A stretch of DNA of 64,000 bases, taken from assembly GCF_037042905.1 (NCBI RefSeq), contig NC_087246.1, forward strand, positions 2,420,001 to 2,484,000, read 5' to 3'. This document shows, one piece after another, positions 51,401 to 64,000 of the stretch. The notes beneath the pieces were generated by a model. It saw only the letters and a program-made list of their open reading frames with translations, was not told the origin of the DNA and did no database searches. The stretch comes from Lytechinus pictus (taxonomy: Eukaryota). Made by a program: the position numbers and the translations under genes. Positions within the stretch are counted from its first letter, which is position 1. Every line of letters starts with the position of its first letter.

Positions 51401-52581
51401 GGGGATTGGACAAGTTTTTTTACTTCCCCTGTGCCCCCTTTGAGTACCAAAGAATCAATTATTAAAAAAAAAATAATGTAAAAGCTGTAAGCTTTTCAGG
51501 TGAGTACAATAGGAATCAGGTCGCGTTTCGCGCGCTTGCATTTTCATTTTAAGTTAAATACAGTTCCTATTCATGATTACAAAAACTACTCAGAATGTTT
51601 AATTTTCAGGTCTAACTAAATGAAGTATTCAAAAATGTGAGCTTGCGCTTCGCGCTTTTGCATGATTTATTTAGACATTATGAGATACCCCATCTTGTCT
51701 ATTAGAATAAAGACTTCAGTCTTTGGTTAAGACTTTCCCTTAAAGCATCGAAAAACTAAAGCCACAAAAAATAAGCTTTAATTTACACTCTTGCAACAAT
51801 TTACACTCTTAATACAAATCAGTCAAATTGACTAGACCAGTAGTAAGTTGTGTTCAACTGGTATGTCTAGACATATTTCTGATATATGTTCTGGACAAGT
51901 CAGAAATAAGAAATAACTCTGTTCTAGTAAAACACGACTATAAAATAGTTGAATATGACTAGAATAACAGTTGCACCCAGCTGACCCTATAACTAGTCAT
52001 TTTTTACTGATTTGTTTTCAGAGTTTAGCGGTCGATAAATAGGGAAAATGTGCATATAATACATTTTCCTCCCTATCTATTGGCAAAAGCTGGATCTACC
52101 CCTGGGGCTATTCCCCTCCTACACCCTCCACTAGGTCGGTCGCTTCGTTCCCTTGCCGATGATCTTATACTGAACCTTGAAGATTTTGCACTCATCATTC
52201 CTATCAATGTAATTAATTTACTTTAAATTATTCTCAATTATTATCAGTCTAAAATGATCTCTATCACTTTGGCACACTATTATAATAATTATTCATTTAC
52301 TGTTTATCCCGTCATAACCCTAGGGCATGAAATACTAATCATATCTTACCAGCCATATCGATTCCGGGGGTATAATAATCATTTTTTAGCATTATGGAAT
52401 ATGGACTTTCCGAAGTCTGCCCAGATGCATAATGTCCTGGTGTCATAGTTTCGCATATCTGGCTATATTCATCAACAGGAGCACCGGTTGACCTGGATAG
52501 AACGACGGTATTCTCCAGGAGACATGAAAACAGGAATGCTACAAGGATCCTTGCAGGTACACATCTCTTCGTGGCTATCAT
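44840..52581 (-). CDS. Reeler-domain-only surface protein (defense-protein/Hdd11-like architecture), probably GPI-anchored, ~229 aa
   Basis: Exons 52350..52581 (MIATKRC..signal peptide..RSTGAP..ICETMTPGH..SPYSI..YYTPG), 50945..51179 (VEISG..LKGLLLQMR..IVGSW..FQTVSC..AVTHKN..FTWTP), 48811..48872 (ATFVQDFQTYWIKVAS), 44840..45000 (EDSMATEEGNSITTMPPGDSMTTEGEGS-VLSYSYILTISALGLVLVISKLIIA-stop). Total 690 nt in frame. The C-terminus is hydrophobic with no cytoplasmic tail. Confidence 0.87.
45900..46765 (+). pseudogene. Decayed non-LTR retrotransposon reverse transcriptase
   Basis: Frameshifted motifs KAPGCDAILNEMLK, IIPLFKAG..NP..YRTICLSS, NQIGFKEGHRTSDH, FDLCKAFDSIWR, VKQGCTLSPILFNLYLNDL, LMYSDDIVL. 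Confidence 0.85.
47882..47938 (-). ncRNA. Minimal type I hammerhead ribozyme-like motif (Penelope-like element type)
   Basis: Minus strand reads GUCA-UUUU-GCCU-CCGACGA-A-GAUUCU-GCU-AGGAUC-GAAAGCUU-AGGC-CCCUUU-UGAC. Stems I and II pair; the core deviates (C instead of U4). Confidence 0.55.
48386..48597 (-). mobile_element. Young tRNA-derived SINE with poly(A) tail
   Basis: Head GGAGGTGCCGTGGCCGAGTGGTCTAAGGCG (A box), GGTTCGATCC (B box), body TGCCCGTGAGCAAGGCATTTAA, ~29-nt A tail, and 7-bp TSD CGGGTAC at 48379..48385 and 48598..48604. Confidence 0.9.
48945..49514. mobile_element. TTAA-AGGTCAAGTCCACC family non-autonomous transposon
   Basis: Internally palindromic and directly abutting a CAGTGCGTCC terminus at 48931. 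Related fragments at ~46810-47190, ~53740-53805 and ~59210-59480. Confidence 0.7.
49760..50560 (-). pseudogene. Decayed CR1/L2-type LINE reverse transcriptase fragment
   Basis: Minus-strand translation FTDYLTRRKHFLSIKSCDSELKFAICGVPQGYIRCLLLFIL resembles the YL..R.Q.V...CGVPQGSILGPLLF motif. Boundaries are approximate. Confidence 0.7.
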
Positions 52582-54809
52582 GTTTATTGCGTTACTGGGT
52601 CCGTTAAAGTGGGAAAAGGAATAATATATATATATAATAATATAGGTATATTTACACAGGAAAGCCACTTCAGTTCTGAAAACTGTTCTCCCAGTGGGCC
52701 CTGCTATTATAAGGAACACATCAATATATAAATTGCCTTACATATACGTGTACTTTCAGTTGGTAGTTGCTAAATTCGTTCTTCTAACATGTCAAAGGAA
52801 AGGAGTAGTCATAGAAAATAAGCACTATTATCTTAATTTCACTATATCAATTTCTTCCAGAATATCCTTCCCACGTACACCCAATATGGATCCATCTTAG
52901 GCAAAGTATTAATTGCATTTCATTTACTTATTTTAAAAATGCAAGTCGAAATCCAGCAAATGTTATTTTTCTGATAGGTTATTACGGTAAAATTAGTTAT
53001 TTCCAAAATGAATCGTGATACGGTAAAAATAAAGAGACATTAACATTTTGGTGGTAAATAAAAAAAATATTTGAAGTTATTAAGGGGAGTATTTTCCTTT
53101 TTTTCGAGAAGAAAATACTCATTAGTAAATAACTATAATATCTTTTCTGATGGATTGTATTGACTCACCTAAATTAAAAGCAGGTACGTGTGGATACGCC
53201 AAGAAGCAGTTTTAAATGTCCACTGGATATGAAGGTAAGTTTCACCTCAAACAGACAGTGAAAATGTGTATATGAACCTTGAAATTTTGATATCTGTCGT
53301 TCTGTTGCAAGCCTATTTCGCAATCAGAAAACCTGTCTCAAAAATTCTCTGCATGGATCGATGTGTTCGATTTTGTGAGCGTAGTGCAGTAACCACAATA
53401 AAATAATAGTGATTGACACATTAAGCGTGATATCATTTATCACTTTAAGGTTTAAAGGGAGAGTAGTTAATAAAATAAAGAAGAAACGTTGCCAGCATAT
53501 GGAATTCATATTAGAAGAACCATGCTGTAACAAGGCTTCACAAAGGTCTAACTTTAGAATTGATAGCTCTATCAATATTTTCGACCATGCATTCTTCTGC
53601 TTTTACCAAACTCAATTAGAGGCACCATCCGAAGCTACACATTAAACTGACAAATAAATCTACCAATCGAAAGCTTATAGGCTACAAAGCATAATAAAAA
53701 AAATATTTGTCATCGCTTGTCAGCTGAATATTCTTTGGAGCATTATGCTTGTCTGATTTTTCTCTATTGACTCAAATCAACATTTTCTGAGGTGGACTTG
53801 ACATCTAATATGTCCGTCTTATATAGTAAAATTTCATACACACAAATTCAAATAAGACATTCGGTCAACACAGCAACATAATAAATCATTTTTATTATCA
53901 CAGAATTCTAAAAATAAATTCTCACAAAATGTATGTTTTAATAATGAATTTGATTATCTATTTCAGATTGATTTACATGGATGAAATAACGATACTAATT
54001 CCATTCATATTACATATTTTTTTTTAATACATAATTATACAGAGATGTGTACAATGAAATTTCTCTAGGGAATCATTTCAAAATATTTTCCCTTTCAAAC
54101 ATAAAATCACAAAACAAATAAACATCAAACTTCTGATTCCAACAAGGATAAAATCAATACTAGTTTCTCAGAAAATGATGATAAGTAATGAAAATCATTA
54201 TAAACCTGACTCCCACTGAAATAGCACAAGCACTAGGCATTTATAATCGATCCAAATTTGAAACTTGTTTCAACATATTTTAGGGTTTTAGGCAATGGTA
54301 TGCGATTCAGATCACTAATTGATCAAGTTAAGTAAGTAGTAGTATACCTTGCATAGCAAAATGCTTATACTTATACTTCTAAGTATTTTACTTTATCAAG
54401 CCAAATTCAAGCGAATTCCTTACCAATAACCAGCTTGTCGTCTTCATCCATCTGTACAAAGGAAGTATGACAGTGCATAAAATGTACAATTCGTAAACTG
54501 CACATATTGCCATTAGGCAATCAGGCATTGTCATGGTCAACATGGGCTTAATTTGCGGACAAATCTTTTTATGGAAAGTGAATGACAGATCTGAAGTGAG
54601 CTAAACAATAACATTCTCTTCTTTCTTGTAATAAATGTATGATTAAGTACTAATGTTAGCAAGATGTACATCATTGGGATTAATTCTGAGAGACTAAACA
54701 ATGTTAACAGATTTCTGATGGTTTTGAACAAAAACATATTATTTCAATACAGTGGATAATTCTAATTATGTTATACACATATAATACATACACACACACC
54801 ATATATATA

Positions 54810-54862
<53 letters not shown>

Positions 54863-56592
54863 GGGTAGATCATTATTCAAAGCTCTAGCTTCTATCAGAG
54901 AGTGGCAACTCTGTATATCAAAGGATTTTACCTTCTAAGCATATATAACATTAAAAAAAAAGGGGGGGGGGACTATAAAAAAAGAAAAAAGAGGAAAATT
55001 GATAAAATTCACATAAGATTCCTTATAAATTTGAAGTAGGTTAGACCTTACGGATGTTCCACAATTATGTTTTTGCACATCGTGATCTAGGCTTGCATAC
55101 GTGACAATGATTGATGTTTTAATTAATCAGCTGTGCATGCCAGTTTCTCATTTGGGCAGCAATGCATAGAGTCGGCCCTGGTTCACCAATCTTTAATTAA
55201 TGGCTTAGCTTAACATCCAGTCTCAAATATCCCACACACACACACTTAGCTCACAATATTCACCATTCACCCAACCCTTTGTATACATGGCTAATTATTT
55301 TCACAAAACATTGGGTAAATTAGACCCGAACATTTGTATATTTGACTGGTAATTTCACAAAGCGTCGGGTAAACTGGACACGACCTTGCAGGAATTTTTG
55401 GGGCGCTTTTCTCGAATGGCCGGGTTACACGATTGCCTGACAAGATGTGATAATCTGATGTGATAGCACAAGCCAATGAAATCGGCTTGAAATTGCTACA
55501 ACATAGCACAAGCCAATGAAATTGGCAGGAATCTATTGAGTGTCTTTAAGTGACAAACTTCAATCAGGTGTCATAGATATACTGAAATCAGAATACTTCT
55601 TTTTCTGTCTGACAAAATAGCACCACAATAGAGATAGAGAGTGATTGAACTGAAATACATTATAATATCAATTAAAAAAATATCTGTACTATATCCATGG
55701 AATTAATCTATAATGTATAATTGATATACTTACATTATGTGCATGCCATACTGTTTTCATAATACAATATGTAATTTTAGACTCTTTAAATCATATTTTA
55801 CGCCAAAAATTCTGTTCTTATTCTGGTTAGTAATTAATGTCATATAAACATTAAAAAAAATTATGTTAAAAAACGCGAACACAAGGTGTCAAACCTTACG
55901 GTTTAACACCCTCCGAATATTGGCAAGATCTATACTTCCTTACAATCGCAATATACAGCGTGTCCCACAAAAATGCTAATGGCAATCTAGATGGGTATAA
56001 TATTAAATTTAAAAGATTGTATTGTTTATATATCCGCAAACTGCAATTCATTTTCTACAACTGGATGAAATTTTATGTGATATGGTCCAATTATCACAAA
56101 TATACAAACATGTTTTCATTACACATCAGGAAACCTCTCCATCCAAATTTTGTATTAAGCAGTATGTGTAGCCAGGACAAGAATTGTCTGTGAACTTCTC
56201 CTCCACAAGCACAGACTGCAGACATGCCTGCGCCTTGATGGGGATCAGCTAGGCCTTAGATTAGTACAGAAAAAGAATCTTTCATCATGTAAATGCTTAT
56301 GAAAAGAATGAGTATAAATAAAGTAAATACATGTACAAACTAGACAAAAAATATGGAAAATTTCAAGATGATGTCATGGATTAAAAAACAAGTTTTAATT
56401 CATTTCCTTTAGTTATTGTGCAGTACAATTCTTATATTTGATTAAAGGTATTATTCAACGTAATAATTTGGATTGAGAGCTTTCTGATGAGTGTTAAAAG
56501 AAGGTCCATATATCTCTATGTTCAATTGACCATATCGCCCCAAGTTTAAGCCAGTATTTTAAAACAAATCATGCAATCATAAAATCATATAC

Positions 56593-57137
56593 AATAATAA
56601 ATAAAAAGGCTTTAATAGGAGGTAATTATAATTTGTAAACAAATTTTCCGCCTAACTCCTATGTGTTTAAGATCGCATGCTCGATCTGAAATGAAAATCA
56701 TGATTCAGAAAAAATTGAACCAGTGGGATTCGAACCTGTCATCTACTGAATTCCAGTTCATCGTGATTTAGCCGTGAACCAGAATAGCCTGGTGGTTAAG
56801 TCGCTGCCCGGAAAGCAGTAGATGGCAGGTTCGAATCCCACTGGTTCCAATTTTTCTGACTTATGATTTTCATTACAGATCGAGCATGCGATCTTAAACA
56901 CATAGGAGTTATGCCGAAAATGTGTTTACAAATTATAATTTCCTCCTATTAAAGCCTCTTTATTTACTATCTATTGTCCACGGCGGACTGCATTTGCATA
57001 TTAATGAGTCAGAAAGAAGAGGATCGAGGGTATTTGAATTCCAATTCATCGTGATTTAGCCGTGAACCAGAATAGCCTGGTGGTTAAGTCCCTGCCCGGA
57101 AAGTAGTAGATGGCAGGTTCGAATCCCACTGGTTCCA
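56593..57137 (+). repeat. ~288-bp repeat unit containing a tRNA-like Pol III cassette: two direct copies and one inverted partial copy
   Basis: tRNA-like segments at 56776..56848 and 57064..57136 (A box TAGCCTGGTGG, B box GGTTCGAATCC). 56593..56748 is the reverse complement of ~56816..56970. Confidence 0.8.
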
Positions 57138-57156
57138 AAAACATACTCCTTAAACA

Positions 57157-58516
57157 TACAAGTGGAACGCCTCTGGCAGTCTCGCCTGCATTACGCAATT
57201 TAATATAGCAGCAGTGCTAACTTTGAAAAATACTATAAAATAATCATTCACAAAAACACCATTCATATAATGACATAATACCACGTTCATTGACCATAAA
57301 TGACATTTGAACGGTGACTTAAGACTTGTCAACTACACCCATGTCCACATTTCATTCACTCTATCTATAAACTTTCAAAGTTATGATGGCAATTCAACAA
57401 TTACCCCAACATGGCCTAATTTTATTGACCTTAACTGACCTTTGACCTTGGTTTTGTGACCTGAAACTCACAGGGGATGTTCAGTGATACTTGATTACTC
57501 TTATATCCCAAGTTTTATGAACTAGATCCATAAACTTTCAGAGTTAGGATGGTAATTCAACAAATACCCCCAACACAGCCAAAGTTCATTGACCTTTAAT
57601 GACCTTTGACCATGGTCATGTGACCTGAAACTCGTACAGGATCTTCAGTGATACTTGATTACTCTTATGTCCAAGTTTAATGAACTAGATCCATAAACTT
57701 TCAGAGTTAGGATGGTAATTTAACAAATACCCCCAACACGGCCAAAGTTCATTGACCTTAAATGACCATTGACCATGGTCATGTGACCTGAAACTCGCAC
57801 AGGATATTCAGTGGTACTTGATTAACCTAATGTCCAAGTTTCATGAACTAGATCCATAAACTTTCAAAGTTATGATGGTAATTCAACAAATACCCCCAAC
57901 TTGGCCAAAGTTCATTGACCCTAAATGACCTTTGACCTTGGTCATGTGACCTGAAACTCAGGAAGGATGTTCACTAATACTTGATTAACCTTATGTCCAG
58001 GTTTCATGAACTAGATCCATAAATGTTTAAAGTTATGATAGTAATTCAACAAATACCCCCAACTTCACCAAAGTTCATTGACCCTAAATGACCTTTGACC
58101 TTGGTCACGTGACCTGAAACTCGAGCAGGATGTTCACTAATACTTGATTAACCTTATGCCCAAGTTTCATGAACTAGGTCCATACACTTTCTAGGTTATG
58201 ATGTCATTTCAAAAACTTAACCTTCGGTTAAGATTTTGAAAATAATTCTCCCAACATGGTCAAAGTTCATTGACCCTAAATGACCTTTGACCTTGGTCAT
58301 GTGACCTGAAACTCAGGCAGGATGTTCAGTAATATTTGATTAACTTTATGTCTAAGTTTCATGAACTAGGTCCATATACTTTCTAAGTTATGATGTCATT
58401 TCAAAAACTTAACCTTAGGTTAAGATTTGATGTTGACGCCGCCGCCGCCGCCGCCGCCGTCGCCGTCGGAAAAGCGGCGCCTATAGTCTCGCTCTGCTAC
58501 GCAGGCGAGACAATAA
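57157..58516 (-). mobile_element. Helentron-associated / Tsp-like element with internal 163-bp tandem array
   Basis: Subterminal inverted repeat GTCTCGCCTGC / GCAGGCGAGAC, (GCC)n microsatellite, and about 6-7 units with GGTAATT recurring at 57551, 57714, 57877 and ~58040. Confidence 0.8.
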
Positions 58517-60000
58517 GAGTTATGCCGAAAATTTGTTTACATATACAATATAATTTACAATTTTTTTACAATATATTAATTCAAAGAGTCATTAACATAT
58601 TTTGTGGGACTCGTTGCATATTCATATGATGTCATTATATAAAACTATTATTTGCTTATGAAGTTGTGGTAATTGTTTCACACAATTAAGTCATAATGAC
58701 TTTTTACAAAAAAAATGAAATATAGATGATAACCCTGTATATTTCTTTGCATAAAAATACCTCTTCTTGGCATTGAACCCTTACCTGAATTTTGTCATTT
58801 GTGTAAATGGCAAGACAGCTTCAAACTTTTCCTTCAAGGACTACATATACAAGTTACATGATACATTAAATTCTGCATTACTTCACCTTCCAGAAATTAA
58901 ATAATCACCTTAAAGTTGAAACAAGTTTTAGACCAGGGGCCGAGTCAACATAAAGAATTTACGTACAGTTACATGTAATTTTTTTGTACACATTTAGTCA
59001 CATACTCACACTTTTTCTTAAATGAAGAATTGAGAGCAAGTTGAATTTTGTATAACATGAAGGAATGTCTGTGGTCCCATCATTTTATGTCTTTATGGGA
59101 AGTATTTGCCTGTAGTTTATATTGCTCCAAAGGCGACATACTGATAAACAGATCAACGTATGACATGACTATTGTCATTATGCTATTGCTACTTTTGCTT
59201 TACAGCACCTTTAAAGTGGAAGCCAATCCATACAAGATGTTCTTTATAGTAGAATTTAAGATAATGCTCTAGCTTTAACGCTGAAAATTTCATCAAAGTT
59301 GGATGTAAAATAAGAAAGATATATTTTTAAGTTTTATGTAATTTTAACGAGACAGTTATTTGCAAATCCTGGTCGGTATGCAAATGGGTGACCAGAGACA
59401 TCACCAATTCACTATTTCTTTTGTGTTTTATTTTGTGAAATATGAAATATGTAATTTTCTCCCCATTATATTGTGAAACAAAGCTTGACTCTTCATTATC
59501 ATTTTATCATTTTTATTATTGAAATTAAAATCAGGGGTGTGAGTGGTCACAAACAAAAAGATTTGAAAAAAGCTTAAGAGTGTTGAAAAAAGCTGAAACA
59601 GAAAGAGCTCCCACAGTTTTTGTACAGAGGAAAACTAAAATAAGCTGAAATTAAGCTGAAAATCAAAACCAACAAAATCTGAAATTAGCTAAAAATCTGA
59701 ACTCTCCCACCCCAGTAAAATTCTTGACAAGAGCAAGAAGTTTATGAATTCCCCTTATATTAGAAGCATTTTCTGAAAGTGATATTTACTGACTGTCAAC
59801 TATCAGCTACTCTACTGAAATTCTTGCTTCTGATTGGCTCTGAGCTAACTTGTCAGTAAATATCAATGAAAAGAGGCTTCATGAAACTCCCATGAAAAGG
59901 TAGTCCTGAAAAGCACTAAAAACAGTGCTTTTGGTACTTGCAAATCTCTTGATCCAGTCCTGCTGACATATTTGTTAGTATTGTCATAATAGTGACTGGT

Positions 60001-63000
60001 TTATCTGTATGTTTGTGTTGGTTTGAGATGATGGTTGAAGTATTCTATCACTTTTCTCCAGGATTTCTCTACAGAGTGGGCATACAAGTGTGGCGTACCT
60101 CCCCAGGTAGTGAAATATGCTGGAGAAATAAACAGGGGGGGGGGGGACAAAAGACAACCAGGATTGTTATTAATCAAATCACTTATATCTCTATTCGATC
60201 AATAAGGAATATATCTCAGAAAAAAATATTAGAGGGGAAATGTACCCTGACCAAGTTTATCGTAAAAAAAATATAGAAAGAAATAATTTTTGAAAATTGG
60301 TGAAGGTTTGAGGTAAATCCATCGAAGATTAAGAATGTTATTAGAATTTCATTTTTTCTTTTGATTTGTGACGTCATATACCAGCAGCTGCCCGAAATGT
60401 CATGAAATATAAAATGAAAAAATTTCAATTATTTAAAGGTTCATGATTTTTTCTCTCTCTCTAAGGAGCTGGTGTGAAATAATTTGTCTGGTTATGTACT
60501 CAACATACAACAAAAACCATTTCCATTTAGAAAATGAAATTTCATTTATTTTTTCTATAAGATATATGGAGAAGCTCCTCACACATGAAGTCACACATCA
60601 AAAGTTTAAACTTCTAATTAATTTACTAACATTAATGGATTCTCCTTAAACCCTTCTCCAATGTTTTTTGTTTAATTTTTGGTATGAATTTAGGTAGCCT
60701 TTATGTAAATATTGACATTGGGTTGTTATCATGGACTAAAACTCTTCTTGGTAACCATAGAGTTATTTTTTTTAAATAAATATCTGTAAAAAAAAAAAAT
60801 TGGTGGTTTGCAGGCAGGCCATTAACTTGACTAGCAATATCTCTTATCATGAATGTACTTACGACGGCGTACAGTAGGGAATTTGATAGAAGACTGTGTA
60901 CAGATAGGCATATATGGTGCATCCAATAAGTGTCCTGCACCTTCTAGGTGGAATGTCTCCACCAAATCACCATTTCCTGCTTTCTTCATGGCAGATATAA
61001 CCTACAAACAACAAATGCACAAAGATGTCATCTTTGCTTCTCTCATATTAAGGTTATAATACCAATATATAACACTTCTAGACTTTCATACTAATTAATT
61101 AATGATTAATAAAAAATTAATTGATGATTAATATAAAAAGAGCTACCTAGACAAAAGAAAAATTCAGCCCCTTTCAGAAAAAACTCGTCAACAACAAAAT
61201 ATCATTGATGATGACATGTATGCTGAAATAAGCACCCCTCAGGTTGTATGATTACATTACAACTTTTGAATAGCCAAGGCTTTATACAGTTAAACATTTA
61301 ACTAAGTGGTTCAGAGTATGCATCAACCAGTAAAAGTTGATAAATCTATATATTATGATCAATCAATTTTTAAACCAATCCATGATAATTCTAATCGGTG
61401 AACACTCTCTATGACACTGTTATAAGAAAAAAAGAAATTAAGACTCTGTATTTAATAACAGATATCACTCCAACTTGTTTTGAAACAATAGATCATTTCA
61501 ACATAATGTAGAATATAATAACACTAATTGTTTTTTGTATTTTTAACAGAGTGGGTGTATAAGTTTGCACATGATGACGATTTTTTATCAGTTTGTACTG
61601 AACGCAGTACTCAATTACCTTGCATAAAACTTGAGACAAATTGCTTAGGATATTGGGCATTAGGATGATTTGATTTTAAACTGCGTTGACTTGCACCACT
61701 TAAAAAGCAAATGATATTAGTTGCATCCCATTAGGTATCTAAATAGAGTCAGCTCATAACATGATGATGTAGTATAATGAATCATGATTAATTAATCATG
61801 TATGTAGTCTCCGACTTGTGTGATCCTAAAATTTAATCAGATGATAGAGGTTCCAACTTGGAACGACAAGCTATATTACCGACATTTAACATAATACTAT
61901 TTACCTTGCCATTCCAAAGTAAAAATTGCAGAGGCCAACACTTTTGTTTAATTCATGTATGCTCTTATCTATGAACCCAGGATATATTTATCCAACCAAA
62001 TTTACGTGAGGGCGATTCCACAAAGTGTGCGAATCTGACCAGCTATATGCAGAATCAGCGGCGTAACAGGGGTCGGTGGCCAGGGGGGGGGCAAGAGCCA
62101 AAATTTTCCCGGTCATATCATGGAACAGGCAATGGCGTCTTAAGGCAAAAATTTTGAGGGGGCGATATGGCGTATCGGGCAAATATATATATATATATAA
62201 GCGAGCGAGCGAGCAAAAATTTTTTGACATTTTTATTGCAAAAATCAAATTTTGTGATAGATTTTGACATAATGTTAAAAAGATGATATCATATTCACCC
62301 TCCTCTCTTTCCTTTTTTCTCTGTTTTTTGTACGCCACGGTGAGCAGGATTTTTGTTATGATTGTGAGCATCAGGGCGAAGCTCTATATGCTCGAGGGGG
62401 CTGAGTATGGCGCTTCTGGCAAGAAGTAGCTTAATTTAGGTCCCGAGCGAGCGAAGCGAGCGAGATAAAAAATCACTTTTTCATGAGAATCTAACATGAA
62501 GATAGATTTTAACGTGATATTCAGAAAAATATAATACACTTTCCTTTCTTTCCTCATTTTTTTTTTTTGGTTGTAGAACTTTTGGGGGCCATGGTCCAAA
62601 CTCATCCATATAACAGTGCTTTATGGGTGGGGTCCAAGGCAGAGCCCCGGAACCTCTTGATATCAAAGCCATTTTAAACCTTACAGATGGCCACTTATTT
62701 TAATCAAATTGCGTGTATATTTATATAGATTTAACACAACACATAAATTCAATGCAGTTGTGTATCGTAATCATCCAAATATTGTGAGGGGCACACCATA
62801 GCAAATGTGGGAAAAATTGTAAAAAGTCACCAGCGAGCGAAGCGAGCCAGAAAAAAAGGCCTGTTAAAATGAAATTATAATTATGTGATAGATTTTTACA
62901 TCATTTTAGCAAATATCATATCATATATTTTTTTCATTCATCTCATTTCGCTGCCTCCTTTATTTTCTTTTATTTCCCCTTGGCTGTGGAACCACCCCCG

Positions 63001-63906
63001 GTACGCCAGTGCTTCAACGTAAAGCTTAATGCAGGAAGGGTCCATATAGGGGCCCGTTATAGAACCCATTAAAGGTTACAGATGAAGAGCCCCCACTGCA
63101 CGGGGTCTTGACTCTTATTTGGAGATTTAGCAAGTTTATGACAGACTTTCATACGACATTATGCTATATACCATCCATTTTTCTTCCCGCTCGTTATCTC
63201 AATCCTCGGCAGCCCGGTAGTGTACTTTATCTTGTCCCTGTTCTTTATTTTCCAATTTAGATTTTGGCTAATTCCATTTTGCCTTTATTTCCCGCTTTTG
63301 TTTGCCTTTTTGTCATCTTTAATTTATTTCCCTGTCTTACTAATCATGCTAATGTATTTGTATATCGGGGCGAACTGTTCTTTCTCACTTGTTGTTTTTT
63401 TCCTTCCTTTTCCCGTTATCTTTCCGTTTTCCCTTTTTTAAAATGTTTTTTCTTAGTTTTCTTTTCCCTTTTCCTTTCCCCTTTCCCTTTTTTTCTTTCC
63501 TTTCCCTTTCCCTTCCCCCTTTTTTTTTTTTCTTTTTCCCGTTTTTTTTTTCCCGGTGAGCTCCGCCAGGGGGGGGGGGGGGCAGCTTGCCCCCCTGCCC
63601 CCCCCCCCCGCCTGTTACGCCACTGTGCAGAATCTGCCTGAAATGAAAAGTCTCTGAATTGTGCTTCATATGGAAAGGTCTAAATAAGATAACCGGGGAT
63701 CGTGAAGTTTCCCATGTGAAGCAATTGCAACTTATTACCCCAGAGGTTAATGAAAATTTCATGCAAGGCTTTGGATAATAATTTGAACCTTCTGGGAGCC
63801 CAAGGAAAATGATTATGATCCATACCTCTAACATGCGCTCTTTGGATGGTTGGTATTGGTCATCTTCAGCAACGAGGAAGAGAGAAGGCACTGAGAGATT
63901 CTCAAT
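60001..63906 (-). CDS. Acyl-CoA thioesterase / bile acid-CoA:amino acid N-acyltransferase (ACOT/BAAT family), last three exons
   Basis: 63826..63906 IENLSVPSLFLVAEDDQYQPSKERMLE; 60863..61001 VISAMKKAG..HLEGAGHLLDAPYMPICT..; 60001..60119 PYFTTWGGTPHLYAHSVEKSWRKVIEYFNHHLKPTQTYR-stop. Matches the BAAT_C pattern FLVGxDD / GAGHxIEPPY / WGG..W..F..HL, with catalytic Asp and His present. Confidence 0.88.
62056..63625. mobile_element. 1.57-kb hAT-like non-autonomous element in an ACOT intron
   Basis: TIR CAGCGGCGTAACAGG / CCTGTTACGCCACTG with 8-bp TSD TGCAGAAT at 62048..62055 and 63626..63633. Internal G/C runs and CGAGCGAAGCGAG motifs. Confidence 0.85.
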
Positions 63907-64000
63907 CTGTAAGGATGACAATATAGATAGTACTAATATGTGTAAAAGGTAAACAAGAACAGGGCTGCCACTCTTGATTTTAGCAACCTTTACTCATGAA

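Noticed and set aside
44840..52581. FRRS1 (ferric-chelate reductase) orthologue
   Set aside because: No DOMON or cytochrome b561 exons were found; an in-frame stop follows the hydrophobic tail.
56776..56848. Functional tRNA gene
   Set aside because: T stem mispaired, acceptor stem out of register with the A box, no U33; embedded in a repeat unit.
57360..58400. CRISPR-like array
   Set aside because: Contiguous 163-bp tandem monomers with no unique spacers, in a eukaryotic context with no cas genes.
63385..63921. 178-aa ORF as a single-exon gene
   Set aside because: Only 63826..63906 is an ACOT exon; the rest reads through intron and transposon low-complexity sequence.

Overview
AT-rich, intron-containing animal genomic DNA. 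The repeat families and the one-EGF-per-exon gene style suggest a sea urchin or other echinoderm (inference). I assembled four spliced genes by hand. (1) The 3' part of ASPDH on the + strand, 1..9504. (2) A ~1269-aa type I membrane protein on the - strand, 42017..13841: signal peptide, Reeler domain, 24 intact single-exon EGF repeats plus one dead EGF exon, S/T/P stalk, TM helix and short tail. (3) Its tandem paralogue on the - strand, 52581..44840: a ~229-aa Reeler-only, probably GPI-anchored protein. (4) The 3' end of an ACOT/BAAT-family acyl-CoA thioesterase on the - strand, 63906..60001. Introns and intergenic DNA are full of MITEs, Helentron-associated tandem-repeat elements, LINE remnants and SINEs. 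The most notable observations are a TSD-flanked SINE with a 7SL/Alu-like head, a minimal hammerhead-ribozyme motif, a TIR-like pair bracketing eight EGF exons, a tRNA-like Pol III repeat unit, and an EGF exon array showing ongoing duplication and loss. All coordinates and translations were read by eye and no database searches were run.
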